Source: Prorocentrum cordatum (lineage: Eukaryota). From it: DNA of 64,000 nt. How positions within the stretch are numbered: the stretch's first letter is position 1; each line of letters starts with the position of its first letter. Below are positions 13,663 through 27,206 of this stretch, piece after piece. Below the pieces are notes generated by a model. That model had not been told where the DNA came from. It saw only the letters and a list, made by a program, of their open reading frames with translations, and did not search any database. Location: the NCBI GenBank assembly GCA_963575745.1, contig CAUYUJ010000001.1, positions 1,674,001 to 1,738,000 on the forward strand, given 5' to 3'. The position numbers and the translations under genes are program-made.

Positions 13663-14065
13663 ATGGAAGTCTCTGGCAATAAGCCCATGCTGAAAACGTG
13701 CCGGATCCCCATCGGTGCAACCGCTGGAAACTCACAAACCAGATATGCGCGGCGCGAATGCGAGATCGTCGTTTTGAACACCATCCGCCGTCCATCAGTG
13801 TATTTGTTGGGAATATGAAACTTCGGGATAGTAGGTCGCAAGGAAGCGTCAAGCGAAACCCCCAGCCCAGCCTATGGACACGCCCAGTGGAGCAAGAAGT
13901 TGTTCAAAAAGAAGATGGATGGAGTCAGGGAATGTTTGGATGACATGAAGGATGGACGACATGGAGGCCGGACCAGCTAGAGGATGGAGGAAGGTAGACG
14001 GAGGGCTGCAGCGGGGATCGAGGAGGGCGGCCCCCGCCGCGGCCGATTTTGGGGATGTTGCGAAG

Positions 14066-14274
14066 GGCACTGAAGCTCCACCTCCAACAGCTGTCGCCGA
14101 TGCTGCAGCAGGACCCTGCGGCCCTGGGCATCCTCACCAACTGCAGCTACGGCGAGCGGCTGCCGGGCCAGAAGTCGCAGCGCCGCCTCCCGTTCTTCCT
14201 GGCGCTGGCGGAGGCTGGCTGGCTGCAGGGGCTGCGGGAGCTGGCGGGCTGGGACAGCAACCGGTCGGACGCAG
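14066..14274 (+). CDS. Candidate host exon, ankyrin-repeat protein (ALKLHLQQLSPMLQQDPAALGILTNCSYGE..LALAEAGWLQGLRELAGWDSNRSDA)
   Basis: Non-repetitive with GC3-rich codons. AAG|G acceptor and CAG|GC donor. Phase-compatible with the exon at 18402. Confidence 0.6.
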
Positions 14275-15171
14275 GCGGCGGGCAAATGAACATTGAGCCG
14301 CCCACTCCCCCTCATTCCCCCCCCATCCTCCTCCCCCTCCCCCTCCTCATCCTCCTCTCCTCGCCCTCTTCCTCCTCCCTCCCGTATTCCTCCCGCCTCC
14401 TCCCCTATTCCCCGTCCCCCTTCTCCCCAGCCCCCTCCTCATTTCTTCTCCTGGGGCTTGCCTGTCTGGAATCAGGTCAGTCTATATTCCATACAGTACG
14501 AACGCCAAATTTGAAATCGGCCCGTCAGCAGGGTCCCCACGGGACCAAAAATACCGCCTCTGCCGCCGACCCCACATCGGGGCCATGCGGTTCGGTTTTC
14601 GGTGTTCTGTCGCCACGGGGTGGTCGGTGCTTCGCAGGTTGTCGGTGTCACTTTGCCATTGGGATATAGTGAAGGAAATTAAGAAATGCAGACAGTTGGC
14701 GCGCGGTGCACCCCAGTGGTCAGACCACATGGGGCGGCATCTGGGAGTTCAGAATTGCGAGGATGTCTTAGGCGAAAGGGGTTGGACCACCTCAGGTCAC
14801 GGCATATGATCCCAGAGTTGTGAGGATGGCTCAGGCGAAACGGTCTCGACCACCTCAGGCCACGGCATCTGGGAGCTCAGAATTGCGAGGACCTCTCTTG
14901 CGAAAGGGGTCGGACAATCTCTACGGGTGGCCCCAGACACCCATGGCCAAAGACACTCAGAAGGCTGGCGGTGTCAGGCGTGGTGTCAGGCATAGTGCCA
15001 AGTGTGGCGGGGAGGTCCCGGGACGATTTTTGAATGGTATGTGGCCCCAGAAACTCATGCCCAGGCGCATCAGGGGGGACGCGGTGTCAGGCGTGGTGTC
15101 AGGTGTGGTGCCAGGCGTGGTGGGGGGGGATCCCGGGACGATTTTTGCATGATGGGTGGCCCTTGAAATTC

Positions 15172-16518
<1,347 letters not shown>

Positions 16519-17800
16519 ATTCATGGCCAGAGACCGTCAGGAGGCTGGCGGTGTCAGGCGTTGTGTCAGGCGTGGTGCCAGGCGTGGTGGGGGGGTCTCG
16601 GGACGATTTGTGATTGGTGGGTGGCCCCAGAAACCCATGGCCAGAGACCGTCAGGAGGATGGCAGTGTCAGGCGTGGTGTCAGGCGTGGTGCCAGGCGTG
16701 GTTGCGGGGTCCCGGGACGATTTAGATTTGTGATTGGTGGGTGGCCCCCAGAAACCTACGGCCAGACAGTCCCTGAGGATGCTGGCGGTGTCAGGCGTTG
16801 TGTCAGGCGTGGTGCCAGGAGTGGTGGGGGGGTCCTGGGAGGATTTTTGCATTGTGGGTGGCCCCAGAAGCCCATGGCAAGAGCCCTTTAGGAGGCTGCC
16901 CGTTTCAGTCGTGGTGTCAGTCGTGGTGCGAGGCGTGGTGTGGGGGTGGTCCCTGGACGATTTTTGCATGGTATGTGGCCCCAGCAACCCACGGCTAGAG
17001 ACCTTCAGGAGGCTGGCGGTGTCAGGCGTGTGTCGGGCGTGGTGCCAGGCATGGTGGGGGGGTCCATGGCGGGTGGCCCCCGACGCCCATGGCCAGAGAC
17101 ACTCAGGAGGCTGGCGGCGCCAGGCGTAGTGTTAGGCGTGGTGCCAGGCGTGGTGGTGGGGGGTCCCGGGACATTTTTGTTATTGTTTTTTCTATTCGGA
17201 TTGCCCCAGAAGCCCGTGGCCAGAGGCCCTGAGGAGGCTGGCGGTGTCAGGCGTGGTGTCAGGCGTGGTGCGAGGGGGGGTCCCGGGACGATTTGCGAAT
17301 GGTGGGTGGCCCCAGAAACCCATGCCCAGAGACCCTCAAGACGCTGCCGGTTCCAGTCGTGGTGTCAGCCGTGGTGCCAGGCGTGGTGGTTGGGGGGGGC
17401 CGGGGGGATTTTTGCATGATGGGCGGCCCCAGAAACCTATGGCCAGAGACCGTCAGGAGGCTGGCGGTGTCAGCCGTGGTGCCAGGCGTGGTGCGAGGCG
17501 TGATAGGGAGGGTCCCGGGACGATTTTTGCATGGTGGGTGGCCCCACCATTCCGAAGGGTTGCACAAAAAAACCCTTCCGAAGGGTTTTTTTTGTGCAAC
17601 CATTCCGAAGGGTTTTTTTGTGCAACCCTTCGGCCAGAGACCTTCAGGAGGCTGGCGGTGTCGGGCGTGGTGCCAGGCGTGGCGGGGGGGTCCCGGGGCG
17701 ATTTTTTGCATGGTGGGTGGCCCCAGAAGCCCACGGCCAGAGGCCGTCAGGAGGCTGGCGGTGTCAGGCGTAGTGTTAATTTGGCTTGGTGTGAGGCATG

Positions 17801-18006
17801 TCGGGGGAGCGTAAGACCCGGGTTTGCCAGGACTCGGGTTCGCCATCGTTTTTTGACGACCGCGCCTCGGATTTTGACGAGGAGGAGTTTCGTGGGATGT
17901 CTGCAGCGGGAGGCCTCGTCAAAATGCAGGCTCGGCCTCGTCATTTTTTTGACGACCTCGTCGGGGATTTCCGAGTCCCCCGTACACGGGTCTTACGTCT
18001 CCCCGA
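17801..18006. mobile_element. 206-bp MITE with ~36-bp imperfect TIRs and a 15-bp flanking direct repeat
   Basis: TTGGTGTGAGGCATG at 17786-17800 and 18007-18021. Ends are TCGGGGGAGCGTAAGACCCG and CGGGTCTTACGTCTCCCCGA. Confidence 0.8.
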
Positions 18007-18401
18007 TTGGTGTGAGGCATGGTGTGGGGGGACCCGGGACGATTTGTGGATAATTAGAAGATGGCCCCAGAAACCCGTGGCCAGAGTCCCTGAGGAGGCT
18101 GGCGGTGTCAGGTGTGGTGTCAGGCGTGGTGCGAGGCGTGGTGGGGGGGTCCCGGGACGATTTTTGCATGGTGGGTGGCCCCAGAAACCCATGGCCAGAG
18201 ACCTTCAGGAGGCTGGCGGTGTCAGGCGTGGCCACGCTTGGGGCCGAGAAATCAGCACCAGACCCGACTCGGCCGATACCCCTTCGCCCTCCCCGAAAAT
18301 TGCATGTGTGGGTGAAGGTTTCAGTGGCGTGGCGCCCCCGTCTTGCACAGTCCGCTCAGGCCCCAGGCTCGCCGTGGACAGCGCCAGCGATTCCTGCGAA
18401 G

Positions 18402-18633
18402 GGAATGAGACTGGACTTCGTCCCCTCGGCCTGGCAGTGGAGGCGGGGCACGAACAGGTGGTGCGCTATCTGGTGAGCCCTGGGCCTAACGCTCTGCGGA
18501 TCGCTGGGGCACGCGGTAAACATAGGAGCTCAACCTGGCATTAGGGGAGGGGGGCCGATCCTCGAAGCCCTCTGGGTTTGACAGACAAAGCCGTGGATTT
18601 GAAGCTCCGGAGCGGTTCCGTGAATATCCCGAG
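18402..18633 (+). CDS. Two candidate exons (18402-18472, 18545-18633) encoding an ankyrin repeat: GNETGLRPLGLAVEAGHEQVVRYL|GRGADP..
   Basis: Matches the ankyrin consensus G.xPL..A...GH..vV..L..GAD. A 72-nt GT..AG intron (18473-18544) keeps the frame. Confidence 0.7.
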
Positions 18634-18818
18634 GCTCTGACTCTCGCGGGCGTGATGGATCTCAGGGTCCATGATCAGCCGATCAGCGAGCCCGTGACAG
18701 CGCTGGCCCTCGGCCAGGCCACACTGGAATTGCAGATCGCGTGCCCAGCCTGCTGACACAGTCGATGGAGACCGCGTCGGATCAGCTCCGCGATCGGCGA
18801 GGAGGGCGCCGAGGCCAG

Positions 18819-18995
18819 GGTGCCTCGGCGGTCGCCCGCAGCCCCGGGGGGCCCACGCTGCTGGAGGCTGCCGTGCGGCGCTGCGACGGAAACCTGGCGG
18901 GCGCCCTGCTGGGGGACGGCTCGGTGCTCAAGGGCGGGCTCGCTCAGCTGCGGAAGCGACTCGCGCTGGAGGCCTGCAGCTCGGGAGATGAAAAG
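18819..18995 (+). CDS. Candidate exon, ankyrin-like (GASAVARSPGGPTLLEAAVRRCDGNLAGALLG..SSGDEK)
   Basis: CAG|G acceptor, AAG|GT donor, and a G.TLL.AA...L..LL pattern. Confidence 0.55.
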
Positions 18996-19839
18996 GTACC
19001 GACACCGCTGCTGATCCTGGAGAGCCATCGTCGCCCCCGCGGGATTCTCCTCGAAGTCCTGTTCAGAGCGAACCCCGCGAGAGGTCCAGGGATCCGCGCC
19101 GTCGGTACCTGTTTGTCCCTTCAGCACTGGCGGAGTTTGGGCGCTCGCCGTCGTTGAAGAGCAGACTTTCTGGACGCCTCTGGGGAGGCATGGGGGCTCG
19201 TGGTTCTCAGCCCTTCGCGGGGCCGTCGGGTCCGGGGGGCCCTGCGTCGGAGCTCGAGAGACGGGGGTCAATGCAAACGGGGGTCAGTCAGAGCGCCGGA
19301 CCTCGCAGGATCCTGCAGGGCCAGGGCTGCATTGACCCGGGCTTGGGTGCAGGATCCTGCAGGATCCTGCAGGATCCTGCAGGGCCCGACTGACCAGGGT
19401 TTGGATTGACCCAGGTCAGTAGAGCCCCGATTGCCAACGGCAAAGGCACGTCGTCGCGAAACGCTTGCATCTGGCGCGGGCGGTCTGGGGAACGCGATCC
19501 AAGCGTATGGTATGCAGAAAACTGGGCCCGTTCAGGGCGTTCGTAACTGCTTGTCCTTCAACGGTGCCTCGCTGGCGACGCGGTCAGATTGGCTCTCCCG
19601 CGCAGGTCTCCCGGGGGCCTGGCCTAGTTGCCGCCACTCGCTCCCGGCCTGGGGGGTGAGAGGAAGCAGCGCGACTGGGAGGTCGATCTGGCTGTGCTGA
19701 CAGGAGGCTGGCACGCAGCGCAGCCACCTCAGGCCGCGAAGTTGCCGCACTTGAACGGTCGGTGGCCTATAGGCCAGCAGAAGGGCGACGGACTGGACGG
19801 CATTCGGGCTCTGGTACCGCAGGAATTGCACCCAGTGGG

Positions 19840-20380
19840 TGCAGAGCAGGAGGTGATCGGCCAGAAGCCTTCTCTGTGGATCCTCTTCTACAAGACGCGC
19901 GTCATGTGTTCTTTAGCGAGCATGCGCCCTTGCGACAGTGCTGCGGCCAATAGGGTTGCACGAGTGCTTGCCGAGCACGGTTTCGACTCCTTCGCTCGTG
20001 ATTTCTTTGTCTCCGCGGTGATCTTGGCGTCGATCCTGGGCGGGTTCGGCCTCTTTGCCTACGTGGGATTCCGGATCAAGCTGTATGGTCCACTCGATGC
20101 CCCAGTGTCCATGGCTGAATTCATCCCAGGTGCCTTCAACCCGTCACGAATGTTGGACTCTGATTTTGATCCGTCGCGGCAGAAAGGCAAGTTGCCATAC
20201 CGCGCAGTAAAGGAGTATTTGGCGCCACAGGGCTCGTCATGTACATTTGGCATGGCTGCCTTCGGAAAGGCTCTCACGGGCATCTTCTCCTCATGGCTTC
20301 TGCAGTTTGTCAGGATTCCACCAGAGAAGGACCCGTATGATGAAGACTACCAGAGCGATGACGATGAGGACACCCGTACG
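19840..20380 (+). CDS. Candidate exon cluster with a hydrophobic (transmembrane-like) segment and an acidic patch; boundaries uncertain
   Basis: Within ORF 19628-20761: FFVSAVILASILGGFGLFAYVGF and EKDPYDEDYQSDDDE. Unique, non-repetitive sequence. Confidence 0.45.
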
Positions 20381-20811
20381 GCAGTCCGAGACCAGTGCAG
20401 AGCGCGTGCTGCTTGTGTTCAGAAGCTGGAGGTCTTCGGCCCTTCGGTTGATACAATTGTTCTTCACACTCTCCCTCGGCGTCTCCAAGTCTCGACCTGG
20501 GGGCATTGTGCAGGAAGGGCTAGGACGGTGGAGACTATGCGAACAGCTGGGAAGCAGAGCTTTTCCCATGCCTCTGAACCCCAGTGCCCCAAGAACAGCA
20601 TAAAACGTCTGACTCCCCCTTCCCCCAGACGGTATCGATGTGTGGTCCATTCTAGCGGTGAAACTCGCCCTCTTCTGGCACCTCTGCATTGCATTCGAGT
20701 TTCTATGTCTGCAAGGTCGCGATGCGCACCACGCTGCTCGTACAAGTTCTGTTCTGGCTGAGCTGGGGCGCTGGTCGCTGGCAGCGAGCGGATGCCAAAC
20801 ATGAGGGTTCA

Positions 20812-20963
20812 CCAGCCCGGAACATATCCCTATCCCTATGATTGGCATCGCCTCATCTCGATGCCGATTTTAGGGATTCCCTTCGTTTCTGAGGGCGCAT
20901 CCATAAGATTGTCGTCGACTTTTGGCTGGTTAATCTTAGGGATAGGGATACGTTCGAGGCTGG
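20812..20963. mobile_element. 152-bp MITE with CC..GG termini and TTCA/TTAA flanks (piggyBac-like)
   Basis: CCAGCCCGGAACATATCCCTATCCCTATGATT versus the reverse complement of the right end, CCAGCCTCGAACGTATCCCTATCCCTAAGATT. TTCA at 20808-20811, TTAA at 20964-20967. Confidence 0.7.
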
Positions 20964-21312
20964 TTAAGGGTAGGAAGAAATGCAGGAGGACGGATTCTCT
21001 CTCTTTCGCCCTTTCCCCTTATCCCTCTCTCACAGCCTCTCAGCCTCTCATCTCACCCCCTCTCCCCTTCATGGGCGGGTGGAGTGAGGCGACGACCCAG
21101 TCATCAGGCTTACTGTCTTGAGGCTCGCGCCGAGATCCATCTGCTGGGACGGGTCCCCGCCCTTCAGAGGGCGGCCGCGATTGCAGATGGAACCAGGAGC
21201 TCCGGGGGGTGCATGCCGCCCCAAACTCGTGACTGGCTGTCGCCGGCCACGGCGCCGACGACAGTGGCCACGACGACGATGCCGACGCCGACGCCGACGA
21301 CGCTGATGCCAG

Positions 21313-24300
21313 GGCAGTCGTCCGGGATTGCGTTTCCCATAACTTTAAATCATGGGAAACGCATTCCTGGACGATTGCCCCAAGCACACATTGCACGGGA
21401 AACACGATTTTCCCATAATTCGACTTCCGAATTATGGGAAACGCAATTTCCTTTGAAAAAACCCGCACTCGATGGGCCAGAACTGCGTTTCCCATAATTC
21501 TTTACGCTTCGCGTATCCCCACCAGCCCATCTCAAAACAGCAACTCTTGCGAAGCATGCCGACAGTCGTGTTTTTCAGGCGTGTTTCCGCCTGCCCCCGC
21601 ATATCTCCCCTGGTCCTCCTTCCTCCCGCCTCCTTGTACATCCTCCTTGTGGTGGGAGCGGGAGAAGGACGAGGCGGAGGAGGAGGGAGAGAAAGCGCTC
21701 CTCGTGGTTTGAGTCGTTTGGGGTTTCTTGTCCTGGTGTGAGTCGTTCGGGCCCTTCTTCCTGGTGTGAATCGTTCGGGCTCTTCGTGATGTGAGTCGTT
21801 CGGGCTCTTCGTCCTGGTGTGAGTCGTTCGGGCTTCTCGTGGTGTGAGTTGTTCGGGCCCCTCGTCGTCGTGTGAGTCGTTCGGGCCCCTCCTCCTGGTG
21901 TGACTCGTTCGGGCTCCTCGTGGTGTGAGTCGTTCGGGGCCCTCGTCGTGGTGTGAGTCGTTTTGGGAGCCTCTTGGAGGCCTTTTGGGGCGTCTTCGGG
22001 GCCTCTTGGCGGCCCCAGGGGCTTCTAGGAGGAGTCTTGGGTGCCTTGGGGGAGCCTCTTCGGGCCTCTTGGGAGCCTCTTGGATGTCGTTTGGGGCGTC
22101 TTGGGGGCCTCTTGGCGGCTCCAGGGGCTTCCAGGAGCGTCGTGGGTGCCTCGGGGGAGCCTCTTGGGGCCTCTTGGGGGCCTCTTGGGGGCATCTTGGG
22201 GGCCTCTTGGAGGCCTCGTGGGGCCTCGTGGGGCTCTCTGGGAGGGGTCTGGGAGGAATCTTGGGGCCATCTGTCGGGCGATCGATCACAGATGGGGCGA
22301 GCACTTTTCTGCCTCACCCCGTCGGGGCCAGAATCCTCGTGAGGGGTGTCGAATTTTAGCCCTCCCAGGAGTCGAAAAAGACCCCTCCAACCACCCGCGG
22401 GGCGCCCTCTCCAGGCCCAGGGGGAGGGGGTAGGGGGAGGGGTATACCCCTCCCCGAAGGGGAAGAAGAAGGGCTGAGAACAGAGCGGGTTCTCTAAACC
22501 ACTCACGCCCCAAGGGCTGGTGGGATTCCGAACTATGCGAAACGCAATTGTGGCTCATGGAGAGCGGTTTTTCTATGAAAATTGCATTCCTAGAATTCGG
22601 AATTCGAGCTCTGGGAATTCCGAATTATGGGAACCGCAATTTTCACATAAAAACAGCACTCAATGAGCCACACTTTCGTTTCCCACGATTCTGAATTATG
22701 GGAAACGCAATTGTGGCTCATTGAGCTCGGTTTTGTAAGGAAAACGCGCTTCCCATAATTCAGAATTCGACCCCTCGGGATTCCGAATTATGGGAAACGC
22801 AATCTTCTTCAAACACGGCACTCAATGGGCCACAATTGCGTTTCCCATAATTCCGAATTATGGGGGACGCAATTTTCTTCAAAAGCCGCACTCGATGAGC
22901 CACACTTGCGTTTCCAATAATACAACATCATGGGGAACGGAATTGTGGCTCACTGGGTGCGGCTTCTTGAGGAAAATTGTGTTTCACAGAATTCAGAATT
23001 CCGAAAATCCGAATTCTGAGTTATGGGAAACGCACTCTTCCAGCAAACAACGCACTCAATGAGCCACACTTGCGTTTCCCAGTTTTTTTGTTATTTTTCT
23101 TTTTTGTTTTAAATGGGAAACGCACTTGTGGCTCATTGAGTGCGTGTTCTTTAAGGAAAATTCGGTTCCCCATAATTCAGAATTCGAGCTCGCGGACTTC
23201 CGAATTATGGAAAACGCAATTTTCTTCAACAAAAACGGCATTCAATGAATGGGCGGCAGTTGCGTTTCCCACAATTCCGAATTATGGGAAACGCAATTGT
23301 TGCTCATCGAGTGCGGTTTTTGTTGAACATTGCGTTTCCCGTAACTCGGCATTCGAATTCTCAGAATTCTGAATTGTGGGGAGCACAATTCCCCCTTCTT
23401 ATACATACATACATAGATAGATATACACATGTATATATATATATATGTATATATGACCAAGGAGCCACACTTGTGCTTCCCATAACTCCGAATTATGGGA
23501 AACGCACGTAACCATTGCGTCTCTGGGAAAAGCAATTGTGGCTCTTTGGGAGTGGCTTGTTTGAGGAAAATTGCGTTTCCCATAATTCAGAATTCGAATT
23601 CTCGGAATTCCGAAGTATAGGAAACGCAATGCTCTTCAAAACAACCGCACTCAATGGACCAGAATTGCGTTTCCGATAACTCCGAATTATGGGAAACGCA
23701 ATTGTGGCTCATTGGGTGCGGTTTGTTGAGGCAAATTGCGCTTCACAGAATACAGGATTCGAATTCTCGGAATGCTGAATTATGGGATACGCAATTTTCC
23801 TCAACACACAGCACTCAACGAGGCACACTGGTGCTTCCCATAATTTCAATGTATGGGAAACGCAAGTGTGGCTCATTGGGTGCCGCTTGTTGAAGAGATT
23901 GCGTTTCCCATACTTCAGAATTCGAATACCCGGAATTCCGGATTATGGAAAGCACATTTCTTGTCAAAAGACCGCAGTCAATGGGCCACACTTGCATTGT
24001 CCATAATTCCGAATTGTGGGAAACGCAATTGTGGTTCATTGGGTACGGGTTGTTGAAGAAAATTGCGTTCCCCACGCTTCAGAATTCGAATTCTCAGAAT
24101 TCCGATTTATGGGAAACGCGAGTTTCTTCAAACAACAACATCCAATGCTCAGCGAGCGTTTTTTTCGGAAGCGCTTCCCGTAATTCAGAATTCGAATTCT
24201 CGGAATTCAGAATTATGGGAGACCCTTTTTGGTAAAAAAAGAAAAGAAATCAATTATATTCAATGGGCAACAATTGCGTCTCCCATAATTTCGAATTGAT

Positions 24301-27160
24301 GGGAACGCAATTGTGGCTCATTGGGTGCGTGTTTTTGAGGAGGTGAGGGGGGGAGTTGCGATTCCCATAATTCAGAATTCGAATTCGCGGAATTCCGAAT
24401 CATGAAAAACGCAATTGTCTCCAAACAACAGCATTCAATGGGCCACAATTGTGTGTCCCCATATTTTTTCAGTATGGGGAACTCAATTGTGGCTCATTGT
24501 GTGCGTTTTATATACGTATATACGTATACATGTATATATGTACGCCCATGTATATATGTATATACATATATATATATGTATGTATACATATATAGATGTA
24601 TACGTGTGTGTTTGTGTTTGTGTATGAATACACACATATATTCATATATATTCATATATATATATATATAGATATGTGTGTGTAGGAAAACTGCGTTTCC
24701 CATGATTCAGCATTCGAATATTCGGAATTCCTATCAATGTGAAACGCAATATTCTTCAAACAGCCGCACTCAATGGGCCAGAATTGCGTTTCCCACAACC
24801 CCAGATTATGGGGAACACGCGTGTGCCTCAATGCGTGCGTCTGTTTTGGTGGCAATTGCGTTTCCTATAATTCGGGATTCGAATTCTCAGAATTCCTAAA
24901 TTGGAGACGCGCAATTTTCTGGCAAACGACGCATTCAATGAGCCACACTCGCGTTTCCCCATAATTTTACATATGGGAAACGCAAGTGTGGCTCGTTGAA
25001 TGCGGTTTTTTGCTGAAGATCGCGTCTCCCATATATCAGAATTCTGATAATTCTCTGAATTCCGAATTTTGGGAAGCGCAATTCTCACAGAAAAACAGCG
25101 CTCAATGAGCCACAGGTGCGGTTCACATAATTTTCAATCGTGGGAAGCGCAACTGTGGCTCATTGAGTGCGGTTTTTGATGAACATTGCGTTTCCCATAC
25201 TTCAGGATTCGCGTTTTCGGATTTCTGATTTATGGGGCACGCAATTTTCATCAACAAACAGTATTCAATGGGACAGAATTGCGTTCCCCATAATTCCGAA
25301 TTATGTGGATTGCAATTGTGGCTCATTGAGTGCGTTGTTTGAGGGAACTCTCGGGATTCCGGAGTATGGGAAACTCAATGTTCTTTAAAAGCCGCACTCG
25401 ATGAGCAACATTTGCGCTGCCCATAATTCCGAATTTGGGGAAACGCAAGTCTGGCTCATTGAGAGCGTTTTTGTATGAAAATTGCGTTTCCCATAATTTT
25501 GAATTCGAGTTTTCGGAATCCCGATTTATGGTGCACGCAGTTCCCCCCCAAAAAAGCGCTCAATGCGCCACAATTGCGGCCCCCAGACTTAAGAATTATG
25601 GAAACGCAAGTGTGGCTTATCCAGTGCGGCGTGTGAGGAACATTGCGTTTCCCATAAATCAGAATTCGAATCTTCGGGATTCCGAATTGTGGGAAACGCA
25701 AAATTCATGAAACAACCGCACCCACCTGACCGCAATTGCGTTTCCCATAATTCCGAATGATGGGGAACGCAAGTGTGGCTCATTTGGTGCGGTTCTTTGA
25801 GGACAGTCGCATGTCCCATATTTTAGAATTCGAGTTCTCGGGATCCTGAATTATGGGAAACGCAATGTTCCACCAAAAACATGATTCAATGAGCCACACT
25901 TGCGTTGCCCATAATTTTAAGCATGGGAACGCAATTGTGGCTCATTGAGTGCGGTTGTTTGATGAAAAGTGCGCTTCCCACATTTCAGAATTCGAATTCC
26001 CGGAATTCCGAATTATGGGGGACGCAACTTTCACCAAACAAATGCACTTAATGGGCCAGAGCTGCGTTTCCCATAATTACGAACTATGGGAAACGAGCTT
26101 GTGGCTCATTGAGTGCGTGCTTTTCGGGAAAGATTGCGTCTCCCATAATTTGGAATTGTGAGCCACCGTTTCGCTTTCCGTAGTTTATAGCCATAGGAAA
26201 CGCAATTGTGGTTCCTTGAGTGCGTGGATTGTTGGAACATTCCGTTTCGCATAATTCAGAATGCGAATTCTCGGAGCTCCGAATTATGGGAAACGCAATT
26301 TTCCTGAACAGGCCGCGCTCATTACGCCAGAATTGCGTTTCCAATTGTACAGAACTATGTGAAACGCAACTGTGGCTCATTGAGTGCGGCTTGTTTGTAT
26401 GAAAATTGCGTTCCCCATAATTCAGAAATCGAATTCTCGGAATCCCGAATTATGCGAAACACATTTTCCAAAACAGCTACATCCAATTAGCCACAATTGC
26501 GATTCCCATAGTTAGAAATTATGGGACACGCAAGTGCGGCACATTGAATACATTAATACATTTGCTCAAGAAAATTGCGTTCCCCGTGATCCACAATTCG
26601 AATTTCCCAGCTTCCGAAGTATGGGAAACGCATTGTGTGCAAACCAAAGACCATTCAATCAGTCACAAGTGCGTTTCCCATAATTCGGAAGTGTGGGAAA
26701 CGCAACTGTGGCCCACTGAATGAAGTTGTTTTGAAGCAAATTGCGTTTCGCATCTTTCAGAGTTCGAACTCTCGGAGTTCCGACTTATGGGAAACCAATG
26801 TTCCAAACAAAAGCCGTGCCCAATGGGCCAGAATTACTAAATTATGGGAAACGCAATTGTGGTTCATTGAATGCGTTTTTTGATGAAAATTCTGTTCTCC
26901 ATAATTCAGAATTCGAATTCTCGGAATTCCGAATTATGGGAAACGCAATTTTCTTCAAAACAACCGCATTCAATGAGCCACACGTGCGCTTCACATAATC
27001 TTTCATTCTGGGAAGCGCAATTGTGGCCTATTGAATGTGTTTTTGTTGAGGGAATTCCGTATTTTGAATTATGGGAAACGTATTTGTTTGTTCTCTCTCT
27101 GTCTCTCTCTTTCATACATATATATTTACATTTACACACATATATATATAGGTATATATA

Positions 27161-27206
<46 letters not shown>

